DNA of 63,909 bases, filler included, from Octopus bimaculoides (lineage: Eukaryota): assembly GCF_001194135.2 (NCBI RefSeq). It is 4 parts of 3 records of this genome, joined end to end, with 100 filler letters (N's around TTAATTAATTAA, not from the genome) between each part and the next. Parts side by side here need not be neighbours in the genome. Positions count along the whole stretch, not along the records: positions 25,628 to 49,031 come from NC_068982.1; 3 more parts are not named here. One strand, given 5' to 3'. Shown one piece after another: positions 25,865 through 38,229 of the stretch (position 1 is the stretch's first letter; each line of letters opens with the position of its first letter). Below the pieces are notes generated by a model, which saw nothing but the letters and a program-made list of their open reading frames with translations, ran no database searches and was not told the DNA's origin. The position numbers and the translations under genes are program-made.

Positions 25865-26455
25865 CAGACACACATATAATTACATGTTTATATGTATACA
25901 TGTATGTGTGAGTGAGTGAGTGTAGTTGCAGAATGCTGGTACGAAGTAGAAAACAAAGCACTCAAGCAGGGATCCGAAGTTTCCAATAATAAAGATAACG
26001 CGTTACAAATGGTTGTCTAAGAGCTCATCAAGCGAATGCGGCTAGTAATTCCTACCACTTATGCTGAAGTACATCCTTGTCTATCTTGAAACAAATCGTT
26101 TATCCTCGATGCTCTCCTCCACTCCTTTTTAATATGGTATCTGATTTGTCCAGTCATAAACTTTTGAAAAACCAAATGTCTTGAAACAATTCTTTCTGTT
26201 TAAAACTCTAATTTCTACCAGTTACACTAAATACTCATTCGCTAGATAAAATCCTGCTGAGCGAAACCCACGATCTTCTGTAAAGAAATCATATTAATCT
26301 TCGTATAATTTAAGGTACACATGCACTTCTTGGAACACACACACATACACACGCATATTATATATATATATTATATCTATACTATATATACTTGCACTTA
26401 TTTAGATATTCAAATACATATATATGGAATAATGTATCATGCATATGTATATGTA

Positions 26456-26526
<71 letters not shown>

Positions 26527-26665
26527 NNNNNNNNNNNNNNNNNNNNNNNNNNNNNNNNNNNNNNNNNNNNNNNNNNNNNNNNNNNNNNNNNNNNNNNNNN
26601 NNNNNNNNNNNNNNNNNNNNNNNNNNNNNNNNNNNNNNNNNNNNNNNNNNNNNNNNNNNNCTTAA

Positions 26666-26804
26666 CGTGACAGTCCCAATAAGGGAATCATACTGCTGCT
26701 ATTTAGCCCTAGGAAGCTGGATTGCTTCCTGTCAGCCTTGACACATTTCCTGTGTCCTTATGTTTATGAGGGGGAGACAAGCACCTTCACGTGGGACTGT
26801 CACA
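26666..26804. mobile_element. 139-bp element with short terminal inverted repeats (MITE-like)
   Basis: gtgacagtccca (26667-26678) and tgggactgtcac (26792-26803) form a perfect 12-bp inversion, extendable to taaYgtgacagtccca. Confidence 0.45.
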
Positions 26805-27947
26805 TTATGTTGACAATATACAACTGCTTTATCGTAACACTGCTGCTTAAGTCTCTCTGTGAGATTTATAATTAGATCATTTCTAATACATATATATAAG
26901 TATATATATAAATGTNNNNNNNNNNNNNNNNNNNNNNNNNNNNNNNNNNNNNNNNNNNNNNNNNNNNNNNNNNNNNNNNNNNNNNNNNNNNNNNNNNNNN
27001 NNNNNNNNNNNNNNNNNNNNNNNNNNNNNNNNNNNNNNNNNNNNNNNNNNNNNNNNNNNNNNNNNNNNNNNNNNNNNNNNNNNNNNNNNNNNNNNNNNNN
27101 NNNNNNNNNNNNNNNNNNNNNNNNNNNNNNNNNNNNNNNNNNNNNNNNNNNNNNNNNNNNNNNNNNNNNNNNNNNNNNNNNNNNNNNNNNNNNNNNNNNN
27201 NNNNNNNNTAGAAGCCATGTAAAAAAAACACACAAGAACCGTTAGATTCACATTTAAATTTAATTTGCCAAAATATTTTCGTCGCTTTGAGACATGAGAC
27301 CTGTGTTTTTGTTTCACCACATGATCTCAGATCAGGTCACTTGCTATGCAAGTACATCTCCATAATATATGTATATATATATATTCAATTAAGTCAAGGA
27401 TATAAAATCCTCTTAAAGGGATATCAGTATCCAAGTTCACCCGTTTTATATATATACATACACATACTCTTTTACAAGTTTCACCTCGATAGCTGCGGCC
27501 ATGCTAGGGCACTGCAGTTAGTTTTGCTACACTTTCATTCCCTGAAATCTCTGATATGTGGCTCTCTCTCGCAATGTGTGCGCGTGTGTGTGATGCGTGT
27601 GCGCGCGTACGTGTGAATGTATGTAGATGCATGTATATATGTACAAATACATAGATACACTCACATGAACTAAGTAAGGTACATAAGATATTTAGTAACA
27701 TGATGTTACGGACAAAATATTTCATGATCTGACTTTTCTGATTTGTTTTGCTCTTTATATGTACATTATGGCTTAACCAAACTTAGAGTCCAACCAAATG
27801 ACTCTCGAACTACAATACGAGTCTTCCTCTAAATGATTCTTTGGACAGACAAAAGTACACAAGGAATTATAATTATTGCTTATTTTTCGTGCAACTTAAA
27901 TTTTGATTGTACTCTTTGTCAATGTGTACATATATATGTGTGTGTGC

Positions 27948-27985
<38 letters not shown>

Positions 27986-27989
27986 TATA

Positions 27990-28381
27990 CAGCATGTCCC
28001 AAAAGTCACTGACGGGTTTCAATTTTTAATAACTTCCTTAGCATTACAAATACATGCATGAAATTTTGATACAATATAAAGGACATAATGGAAATTAATA
28101 TACACAAGTCAACGTTTGCAACATACTACATCACATATGAAAAATGGCATTGCTTAAATGGCAGTCATTTTCGGCTTCGCTCGCCCGTGCTCTTTCTAAA
28201 ACTGGCACCATAACACCCCTAAGTGGCAAACTGGATAAGCTAAAGTTTTCAAAAAAGAAATCAGCCAAATAATTCGGACATTACAAACACAGTCTGTAAG
28301 TGGACCAGTAAAAGTATGCAAGGTTTTTCTCAAGTTCAAAACCTGAATTCAAATAATTAAAAACCGTAGGGAACATTCATG
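27990..28381. mobile_element. Possible old Tc1/mariner-type MITE
   Basis: Left end TA|CAGCATGTCCCAAAAGTCAC. The right end is only a degenerate inverted match and is followed by TA. Confidence 0.3.
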
Positions 28382-28695
28382 TACCTTAAAGGTTTTAGGT
28401 TTGACTACATATTTTGGTTGAAGGGTGTTCAAAGAATCGTGGATCGATTTGTGAACATATATTCTTGCTATCTCTCTGTCTTTCACCAACCAACTCTCTT
28501 TTCTTCTCCCTCCGCCTTTCTCCATCGCTGTCTCTCTCAGTCTCTTTCTGTTTCTTCCTCTTAAACGTTTCTTCTCTGCATCTCTCTATATGTATGCATA
28601 TGTCTGTTGCGTCTATGAGTGTTTGTGTGTACCGTATCTATGTGCGTATATATGTTGTCTCTCTGTTAGCGTGTATGTGTGTGTGTGTTTGTGTA

Positions 28696-28734
<39 letters not shown>

Positions 28735-29303
28735 ATGTCTAGTGTTTCTGTATGTTCGTACTATATTTATGTGTGTGCATGTATGTGTGTGTCTGTGCAT
28801 GTGTGTGTGTGCATGGGTGTGTGTGCATGTGTGTGTACATGTGTGNNNNNNNNNNNNNNNNNNNNNNNNNNNNNNNNNNNNNNNNNNNNNNNNNNNNNNN
28901 NNNNNNNNNNNNNNNNNNNNNNNNNNNNNNNNNNNNNNNNNNNNNNNNNNNNNNNNNNNNNNNNNNNNNNNNNNNNNNNNNNNNNNNNNNNNNNNNNNNN
29001 NNNNNNNNNNNNNNNNNNNNNNNNNNNNNNNNNNNNNNNNNNNNNNNNNNNNNNNNNNNNNNNNNNNNNNNNNNNNNNNNNNNNNNNNNNNNNNNNNNNN
29101 NNNNNNNNNNNNNNNNNNNNNNNNNNNNNNNNNNNNNNNNNNNNNNNNNNNNNNNNNNNNNNNNNNNNNNNNNNNNNNNNNNNNNNNNNNNNNNNNNNNN
29201 NNNNNNNNNNNNNNNNNNNNNNNNNNNNNNNNNNNNNNNNNNNNNNNNNNNNNNNNNNNNNNNNNNNNNNNNTTATGGAGAAAAGGAGCCTTCCGTACGA
29301 CGC

Positions 29304-29360
<57 letters not shown>

Positions 29361-29544
29361 ACACACACACACACACACGCACGCACATTATGTATATGCA
29401 TATAGATATATGTAAGATATATTTGTATACATGTGTGTGTATATGTGTGTGCATTAATTTGTAAAAAGATTTTCTTAAATTAAAAATTTTTAATTGTATC
29501 TAGTTGTTTTCTTTTTAAACATAATGTTCCTGCCATAGGGTTCC

Positions 29545-29665
29545 TTCCATACAAGCCCTAGTATTCCACTGGTTCTTTTTTATCGACCCCGAAAAGACGA
29601 AAGGGAAAGTTAACATCGGCGGAATTTGAACTCAGAGCGTAAAGTCGAAATGCCGCTAAGCATGT
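29545..29665 (-). mobile_element. Family B SINE fragment
   Basis: tatcgaccccgaaaagacgaaagggaaagttaacatcggcggaatttgaactcagagcgt. Confidence 0.7.
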
Positions 29666-29926
29666 GCCCTTTGTTGAGACTACAGTTCAAAAGACAAGAG
29701 AACCTTTCACACATTGGCTCACAGAAATAAGGTGGGACGCAGCAGAAGACTAAGTGTGACAGAGAAGATTACTGGGGGCAACTTTTCAACTTCATCTTGT
29801 TGCGACATAAGTAGCAAAAATATTATCGATCCCATTAAGAAAAAAACTTCCACAGCAGGCATATTATAAACTATTTTACGAAAAAAGCAATGCAGGTAAC
29901 ACCACCACTAAAACTAAATTACCTAA

Positions 29927-30790
29927 GAAGCAGTAATAGAAACCAAAAGCTTATCGAAATTATACATCGACCTTAAATCTAAACTATTCAATGTAGGTCA
30001 CTACATTTCTGTCTATAAATTTACGCTTCATCCAAATGTAAATTATGTATTATTTGATTCTCTGTCTGAAGAATTTCCAGTGGGAGATATCTTACATGTT
30101 GTTTATTACTTGTACAACTTTGTCACTCCTATTAGCAAATAAAACATGTATAATGGTGAATAAATAATATCAAAACTGTTCCAATCGCCTGTTTTGATAT
30201 TATTACTCTGCAGAAAATATTTTCCTGTACTTTCAACTCTTATGCCTACTTCACACAAATATAACATCTACATACAGATTTAAAACACTGAAATAAGCAG
30301 AGTCTGAGATTTTAGCCCAACCTACGTAATATTCTGTTATAGTATAATCAATTTGATTATATTTCTATTTAAGAGCTTACTGCTGTTAAACATCTAAAAT
30401 GGAAAATAGCCATTCGAAGGTTTTCCGAAAGGATATACCGTAACTTACAAAACCTGAATATATGGAATTGGTAATATGCAGAAAAAGTTCATTCATTATG
30501 CATATACGATAGAAAACATATTTCTTTGACGAAAGTTCAAACACGGATAAGATGGAATATTCTACCTGCTTGTCTTCCCCTCTAACTTTCTAACAGGACT
30601 CCTGATTACTAACTATATATACACTCTCGATCAAATATGTATTATTCGACATTCCGTCTGAAGAATTTCTAATAGAGGATATCTTACCTGTTTTCTATTA
30701 CATGTACAATTTTGTGACGCATATTAGCAAATGACACACGTGTAATGGTGAATAAATAATACCACAGAATTTTCAATCTCCTGCTTTGAT
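29927..30790 (+). pseudogene. Candidate decayed leucine-rich-repeat gene fragment with an internal duplication of about 170 bp
   Basis: One frame gives IKHV*W*INNIKTVPIACFD, PNLRNILL*YNQFDYI and IYRNLQNLNI, fitting or partly fitting LxxLxLxxNxL despite several stops. About 30045-30200 is repeated at about 30635-30785. Confidence 0.35.
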
Positions 30791-30804
30791 ATCTGTGCAT
30801 ATAC

Positions 30805-30863
<59 letters not shown>

Positions 30864-30962
30864 AATACATATGTGTGTGCGGGGGGTGTAAATATCGAGG
30901 AATGGAAATGCATGCTCAACACCGCATTGGTGGATAAGGATATTTAAAATTTTATCATTGAC

Positions 30963-31087
30963 TTCATATTAAGAACATATCTCAACAATTCTTCAAGCCG
31001 ATCACAGAAAAGTTGGTGTTCGTGACGAACACCAACTTTTCCACGTGATCAGCTTGACGAATTGCTGAAATACTTTCTTAACATGAA
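30963..31087. repeat. 125-bp imperfect palindrome (foldback)
   Basis: Perfect 17-bp inner arms gaaaagttggtgttcgt / acgaacaccaacttttc around G31024. The outer arms pair with scattered mismatches. Confidence 0.85.
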
Positions 31088-31756
31088 AATAATGGCAGCC
31101 TTATACACAAATAAAGTATGTTTATATATATATATAGATACATATAAACCAAAACTTGCCCCCCACCCACCCTCAGTTCATACTGAATATTACACCCAAA
31201 GCAAAATTAATTTTTACTCCATTTAAATAAATCTTAGACATTTCCTCTGAAACATATATTTTTATAGACATGTAACTTAATGTTTTACTTCCTGTTGTAA
31301 CCTAACGCTTGGTACTAAATCAGGCAGCGCTAAGTATTTAACATATTTATATACTTTTCCCATACACCCTTTTCAATTTCACATCACAACACATATTTAC
31401 TTTTACTGTCATCTATTACGTACTCCTTTAAACTTGTATAAAGTCCGTGTGTGTTTATACATTTATATATAACTGTAAGATGTTGTACTGCATGTCAAAG
31501 TACGTATTTAATGTGTGTGCATGTGTGGTTGCTTGTTTATATATGGCTATGCACATAGATGTATGTGTCTGTATGCAAACATATGTGTGTTTGAGTGAGT
31601 ATTCATTTATGTACAAATCACATTTTAATCCCCTTCTAATTTCCCCTTAATTATTCCCTATAAATATTACACCCAATTTTACTCCTACACCAAGAAAAAC
31701 TGAGTCACTTCACTTGTTCAGCCCACCATTTCATCTGATATTGTATCTCCGTTTCC

Positions 31757-31808
<52 letters not shown>

Positions 31809-31831
31809 GTCTGTCTATCTGTCTGTCTCTC

Positions 31832-31902
<71 letters not shown>

Positions 31903-31954
31903 TTATCTACCTGTCTGTTACATGTTTATCAATCAATCAATCAGTCAGTTACTC

Positions 31955-32045
31955 GGTGAAATTTGAACTCCGAGCGTCAAGACTTAGGAAATTCCGCTCA
32001 ACATTTTGTGCGAGACACTAGAGATTCTGGCAACTCGCCACCTTT
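31955..32045 (-). mobile_element. Family B SINE head fragment, diverged
   Basis: aatttgaactccgagcgt...ttctggcaactcgccacc. Confidence 0.55.
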
Positions 32046-32049
32046 AAAA

Positions 32050-32866
32050 GTAATAATATGACAATAGAGCAAAACAATTCAGGCAGAACAGATAGTTTGA
32101 AGCAAATCAGAAAAAACTGTTTCAGGAACTAGCTGGGCAATTACACGTAACAATGGCACCGGATGCATAGGAAAGCAGGACATTCTGGGGGAAGAATCTG
32201 CATGAAATCCAAGATAAGTTAAGAAATATAGAAGGCCAAGAAAACAAATAAATAACTACAGAAATGATTGAAAAAAAAGTAGTTAAGAAAATTCCCAAAT
32301 TGGAAGAGCCCAGGACCGGATGGAGTCCAAGAGTAAGGAATAGCACAACAGCTAGATGACTGGTTGCAGGAAGGCGCAGTAACCAGCTGGATGACAAAGG
32401 GAAAGACATTATGTGCCAAGGATCTTGGAAAGGGTAATACTGCAGCCAACTTTCGACCAAGAATGTGTCTTCCGCTAATGTGGAAACTATTGTCAGGTGC
32501 TTTGGCCGGTGAACTGTATAGATACTTAGAAAAAAGTGAGTTGCCACTTATTGAACAGAAAGAGTACCGAAAGAGGAACAAAGGAACGAAATATCTGCTG
32601 TTAATTGATAATCTAATTATCTGAAACTCCAAGAGAAGACAAACACACCTGAGCCTCGCACGGATTGACTATCGTAAAGCATACGATATGATACCACACA
32701 CTTGGATAACAAGAACAATGGAGTAGCAAAAAACATGAGAATCCCTCAATGGAACAGTATGAAATGTTGAAGAATCCGGTATAGGTAAGGTGAAAATCAA
32801 GAGAGGAATCTTCCAGAGGGATAGTGTAAACCCACTGATCTTTATGCTGGGAATGATCCCCTTCCT
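32050..32866 (+). mobile_element. R4/Dong-like LINE fragment (first half of RT)
   Basis: PNWKSPGPDGVQ, NFRPRMCLPLMWKLLSG, IDYRKAYDMIPHTWI and KIKRGIFQRDSVNPL, with stops and frameshifts. Confidence 0.85.
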
Positions 32867-32867
32867 C

Positions 32868-33085
32868 GAGCTGGCAGAATCGTGAGCACGCCGGGCAAAA
32901 TGCTTAGCGGTATTTCGTCCGTCTTTACATTCTGAGTTCAAATTCCGCCGATGTTGGCTTTGCCTTTCATCCTTTCGGGGTCGATAAATTAAGTATCAGT
33001 GGAACACTTGGGTCGATGTGATTGACTAGTCCCCTCCCACTAAAAATTTCAGGCCTTTTTCCTTTAGCAGGAAGGATTATTATCA
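32868..33085 (+). mobile_element. Family B SINE
   Basis: gagctggcagaatcgtgagcacgccggg...gagttcaaattccgccg...aaatttcaggcc, followed by an (ATT)n tail. Confidence 0.85.
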
Positions 33086-33094
33086 TTATTCCTT

Positions 33095-33510
33095 CATAAC
33101 ACAGTGTAAGTAAAAATGCACCGGAGTCTTTAGTCATCTGTCAAGTTACAATGACCTCAGACAGATAATACTTTCCTTAAGATGTGCACTGTACCCAATA
33201 AGGCTGCTTTTTGCAAGACATAAATCTTGCATGGGATTTCCAGTTGCCTTTAGAAATCTTGAAGTTTCAATGGGATTGGGCCCAACGCTCCGATCATCAC
33301 TGGTATCACTTTTACATTACCCTCTCGCATTCCATATTGTTTTGCCATTTCCACTTTCACTTCGGAGTACTTGGTGATTTTTTCAACCTCCTTACTCACA
33401 ACATTCATGTCATTTGGTATGGCTACATCAATGATCTGACAGTATTTGTCTCTCTTACTCAATACGACAATATTCGGCCGACGGTGTTCGATTACACAAT
33501 CATGACTACC
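33095..33510 (-). mobile_element. 3' end of an R4/Dong-like LINE (restriction-like endonuclease domain and 3' UTR)
   Basis: HRRPNIVVLSKRDKYCQIIDVAIPND...EKITKY...VIPVMIGALG...LQKAALLGTVHILRKVLSV*. Confidence 0.8.
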
Positions 33511-33675
33511 CGTCTGATAAGGGTACACCAGGCACATGCATCACAACCATATGTATGCGACATGGTGATCTCATATCAAGATAAACAGCGCATGACCTCG
33601 CAAGTGGGGCCCACTTAGAATTTTCTTCAGGTCGTGTAACCCATTCTGCTCAAATAGTCTCTGAATAAGGTTTGC
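33500..33675. repeat. Interspersed repeat fragment, also present at about 36180-36270
   Basis: The block catgactacccgtctgataa is shared by both sites. The 36180 copy starts right after an (ATT)n tract. Confidence 0.5.
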
Positions 33676-34372
33676 NNNNNNNNNNNNNNNNNNNNNNNNN
33701 NNNNNNNNNNNNNNNNNNNNNNNNNNNNNNNNNNNNNNNNNNNNNNNNNNNNNNNNNNNNNNNNNNNNNNNNNNNNNNNNNNNNNNNNNNNNNNNNNNNN
33801 NNNNNNNNNNNNNNNNNNNNNNNNNNNNNNNNNNNNNNNNNNNNNNNNNNNNNNNNNNNNNNNNNNNNNNNNNNNNNNNNNNNNNNNNNNNNNNNNNNNN
33901 NNNNNNNNNNNNNNNNNNNNNNNNNNNNNNNNNNNNNNNNNNNNNNNNNNNNNNNNNNNNNNNNNNNNNNNNNNNNNNNNNNNNNNNNNNNNNNNNNNNN
34001 NNNNNNNNNNNNNNNNNNNNNNNNNNNNNNNNNNNNNNNNNNNNNNNNNNNNNNNNNNNNNNNNNNNNNNNNNNNNNNNNNNNNNNNNNNNNNNNNNNNN
34101 NNNNNNNNNNNNNNNNNNNNNNNNNNNNNNNNNNNNNNNNNNNNNNNNNNNNNNNNNNNNNNNNNNNNNNNNNNNNNNNNNNNNNNNNNNNNNNNNNNNN
34201 NNNNNNNNNNNNNNNNNNNNNNNNNNNNNNNNNNNNNNNNNNNNNNNNNNNNNNNNNNNNNNNNNNNNNNNNNNNNNNNNNNNNNNNNNNNNNNNNNNNN
34301 NNNNNNNNNNNNNNNNNNNNNNNNNNNNNNNNNNNNNNNNNNNNNNNNNNNNNNNNNNNNNNNNNNNNNNNN

Positions 34373-34488
34373 ATATATATATATATATATATACATACAT
34401 ATACATATATACGACGGGCTTCTTTCAATTTCCGTCTAGCAAATCCACTCACATGGCTTTGGTCGGCCCGAGGCTATAGTAGAAGACA
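34373..34488 (-). mobile_element. 5'-truncated family A SINE
   Basis: The reverse complement reads tgtcttctactatagcctcgggccgaccaaagccatgtgagtggatttg...aagcccgtcgtatatatg. Confidence 0.85.
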
Positions 34489-36135
34489 GTCCCTAATAAC
34501 AGTTTTCTGCAGCTGTACTAAACTGGATTTTATACCTATTTTCTTTATCCATCAGTTCAAATCTTTAGGGATAGTTCCTTATGTACCTATAACTACTGGG
34601 ATACATTTTATCCACACTTTCCATAGTCTCTGTAATTCAATGGCTAAGTCCTGGTACGTTGCTATTTTTTCTATACCTCTCATTGATTTTTTCATCAAAT
34701 GGGACTGTAAAGTCAATTATGTTGTACTTTCTATTCTCTTTATCTACTACTACTAAATCAGGCCTTCTGTCTTCTATTGATCTGTCAGTCTGAATGTTAA
34801 AGTCACACCGTGTATTTCTTAATTTATAGTACCTTTACTAGGTTCATTTTCATACCATTTATCAGTATGTTCAAAACCTAGCTTTCTACATAACTCCCAG
34901 TGGATTACTCTCCCTAGATTGTCATGTCTTTCCTTGTATTCTTTCTATACCAGCATGCTACATTCACTTACTGTATAAGTAACGCCTTCCTCTTTAGATT
35001 TGCATAACCTACATTGGGAATCTACTTCGGTCTTGTCTATCTTAGTTTTTATTCAATTAGCCCTTAATGCTTGATCTTATGCAGCTACTGACAAACTTTC
35101 TGTCTCCCTTTTCAGCTTTCCTTTCTGCAACCATAAACATGTCTCACTACAATTATTTGCAGTAACTCTCTTTGGGAATCTACCATGGAACACTTTCTCC
35201 TGCCAGTCAGATAATTTCTGCTCTTTTTCTGGTTTTTAACTTCGTTTGGGTTTTTGTATTGTTGTGACTCTAGCAGCTTTTAATAAACTTTCTTCACCAT
35301 TACCTACAGAAGAGTCTATATCTACTCTAGCTAACTTCACGCAGTCTTCTACTCATATTAATCCTCTTCCGCCTTTCTTTCTCGGTAGGTGTGATCTCGC
35401 TACTCCTGCACTTGGGTAGAGTCCTCCATTCATATTGAATTTCTTCCTAGTTCTTCTGTCTAGCTTTGCTAATTCAGTTTTTGTCCAGTATACAAAAGCT
35501 GCTGAGTATCTAAGTAATGATACTGCCCAAATATTTACAGCCTTCACAAGATTCGGACCATTTAGCATTGACTTCGTTAGTTTCCTTACCCTTTTGATGT
35601 TCTCCTCAATTTTTATTTTTGTTGTTATAGTTAGTACTCTGTCAGATTCTAATACACTTAGATACTTATAACTCTCTCCTACTTTCAATGATTTTAATGT
35701 CTGGCCATCTAGTAATTGGATGCCTTCGCTGTTGACTACCTGTCCCCTTCTCATGATTAATATTACACACTTATCTATGCCAAATTTCATGCCTATATCT
35801 ATGCTGAAGAGTCTTACTGTTTGTATTAAAGAATCTATCTCTTTTTCATTCTTACTTAAAGCCTTCAGATCATCCATGTAGAGCAAATGGTTAATTTTTT
35901 CATTACTATTTCTGAACTGATACCCTACGTTTGCCTTCCTTAATACTAAAATGAGAAGGATCAAACATAAGACAAATATTAAAGAGGATAACGAGTCCCC
36001 TTCGAAAATTCCTCTCTTGATATTAACTTTCCCTACGACTGTGTTACCTGACTAGACATGTACTTTTCACTTTCTCATGCTAAAGCTAATTAATTTTCTT
36101 ATCATGTCATTGGCTTCCCTATAATCTATCCATGC
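34489..36135 (-). mobile_element. 5'-truncated R4/Dong-like LINE (RT, CCHC finger, RLE endonuclease), decayed
   Basis: KRGIFEGDSLSPL, INHLLYMDDLK, MKFGIDKC, YKYL, LPRKKGGRGL, CRLCKSKEE, RHDNLGRVIHWELC and RRPDLVVVDK. Confidence 0.9.
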
Positions 36136-36336
36136 TATTGTTGTTGTTGTTGTTCTTGTTGTTATTATTATTATTATTATTATTGAGTGAGATAGCAGTG
36201 CATGCCATCAAAGTGACACTGGTCGAAAATATACGAAGCTCATTATACCCATCATGACTACCCGTCTGATAATATTATCATTATCCTCCTCCTCCTCCTC
36301 TCCTCCTCCTCCCCCTCCTCCTCCTCCTCCTCTTCC

Positions 36337-36400
<64 letters not shown>

Positions 36401-36436
36401 TATCATCATCATCATCATCATCATTATTATTATTAA

Positions 36437-36625
36437 AGTGGTGAGCTGGCAGAATTGTTAGTACTCCGGGACAAATGCTTAGCAGCAATTCGTCCAACTT
36501 TTCTTTCTGAGTTCAAATTCTCCCGAGGTCGACTCTGCCTTTCATCCCTTCAATGTCGATGAAATAAGAACCAGTTGATCATTGAGGTCGATGTAAGAGA
36601 CTAACCTAAAAATTAAAGCCTTGTC
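36437..36625 (+). mobile_element. Family B SINE, 3' end cut by the next element
   Basis: gtggtgagctggcagaattgttag...gagttcaaattctcccgaggtcgactctgcctttcatcc. Confidence 0.75.
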
Positions 36626-37192
36626 GTGTGTGGGACGAATCTGACTATCAGATGAATCCATCGTAATGTTCGCCCCATCATCCACCTTTAAGAAGGCAAT
36701 GAAGGTGGTGTTCCTGTCTAGTGGCTATGTCGAAAGAGGTTGTGCACGAGTGGTGGACGAGACTGAAGGGATCAAGGAAGACATCTTCCACTTCGGTCAA
36801 ACTCTCATCAACTTTTCTAAGTTCTTCTTGGAAAGGAAAGTAAGAGTGGAGAGGGAAGTGGTATTTCCCAGTAAGTTTATGAAAAGATATGTAACTCTGG
36901 AAAAATGGTTAGAACGAATGACCCTACTCTACGTATGCACCTGTAGATTGAAGAGCAGGAGAGAGGTTGTTCAGGGTAATCGTGGATGTGTGGGGTTCCT
37001 TGAAAGGCCCCTAGATGGAGTTTTTCCTGTATTATGACTGCATCATTAATGTTATAACGTAATTGGTATACTATTTGTTTTTTCATCGCATTTCCATTTC
37101 TTTCTTCTCGTCTTTAATGTAACTCCCCCCACTACTTATAGACTGTCCTTGTGATTTCCCTCTTATCTATGTCCCTGCCGCTAATTAAAGAC
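36625..37192 (+). mobile_element. 3' end of a Tx1/L1-like LINE
   Basis: ESIVMFAP...VVFL...GQTLINFSKFFLERKVRVEREVVFPSKFMKRY resembles L1/Tx1-clade C-termini as I recall them. A pyrimidine-rich 3' UTR ends in aattaaaga plus (CAT)n. Confidence 0.5.
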
Positions 37193-37218
37193 ATCATCAT
37201 CATCACCATCATCATTCT

Positions 37219-37252
<34 letters not shown>

Positions 37253-37704
37253 TGCAGTTGTTCTTGTAGCAGCAGCATTAGCAGTAACTGTAGCAGAAAT
37301 GTTACTCTAGCAGCAGCAGCAGAAGTAGCAGCAGCAGCAGTAGCAGCAGCAGCAGTAGCAGCAGCAGCAGTAGCAGCAGCAGCAGCAAGAGGAAGAGTAG
37401 GAGGGGGTAGAGCAGTTGTAGGTCATATTTTTGAAGAACTAAAGAGATGTCATTGATATGACGACGCCACTTAACCTTGTATGGAAATCTAAAAATGTCA
37501 GCCAGCACGTGCTTCCAACATTTCCTTTCCTACTTCAACCCGGGTCACCTTTTCAACAACGCTGCTATTTTGGCACACATAGTTTTGTCGTCGCAATTTC
37601 ACAATAGGACATATATTGGGGGAAAACCTGTGTAGCATGTTGTTTACTGTTGACGTAAATGGCCGTGTAAAGTCATTAATACATACATATATATTCATGT
37701 ATAA

Positions 37705-37763
<59 letters not shown>

Positions 37764-38010
37764 CACACACACATACATGCAGGCACCTAATTATTTTTAC
37801 AAATCATTGTTTGACGTATATTTTGAAATTTCGGCTGTGTCGCTTTAATATATGCATATGTATTATGTAAATAATTTACATACATGCGCACACATACATA
37901 TATTTATACAGACATAGGCATAAACACAAACACAACCATACAGGCATGTGCGCGCACACACACACGCATGTATATGATCATACATATGTGTAACATATAT
38001 ATATATATCT

Positions 38011-38045
<35 letters not shown>

Positions 38046-38067
38046 TGAGTGTGTGTGTGTTTGTGTG

Positions 38068-38130
<63 letters not shown>

Positions 38131-38229
38131 CCACATACAATTAAGTGAAAAGAATGTAGCACTCAAAATATTTAGATGGAGTTGTATTTAATAATATCTT
38201 GCTACAGTACCGCAATACATAAATTCTTG

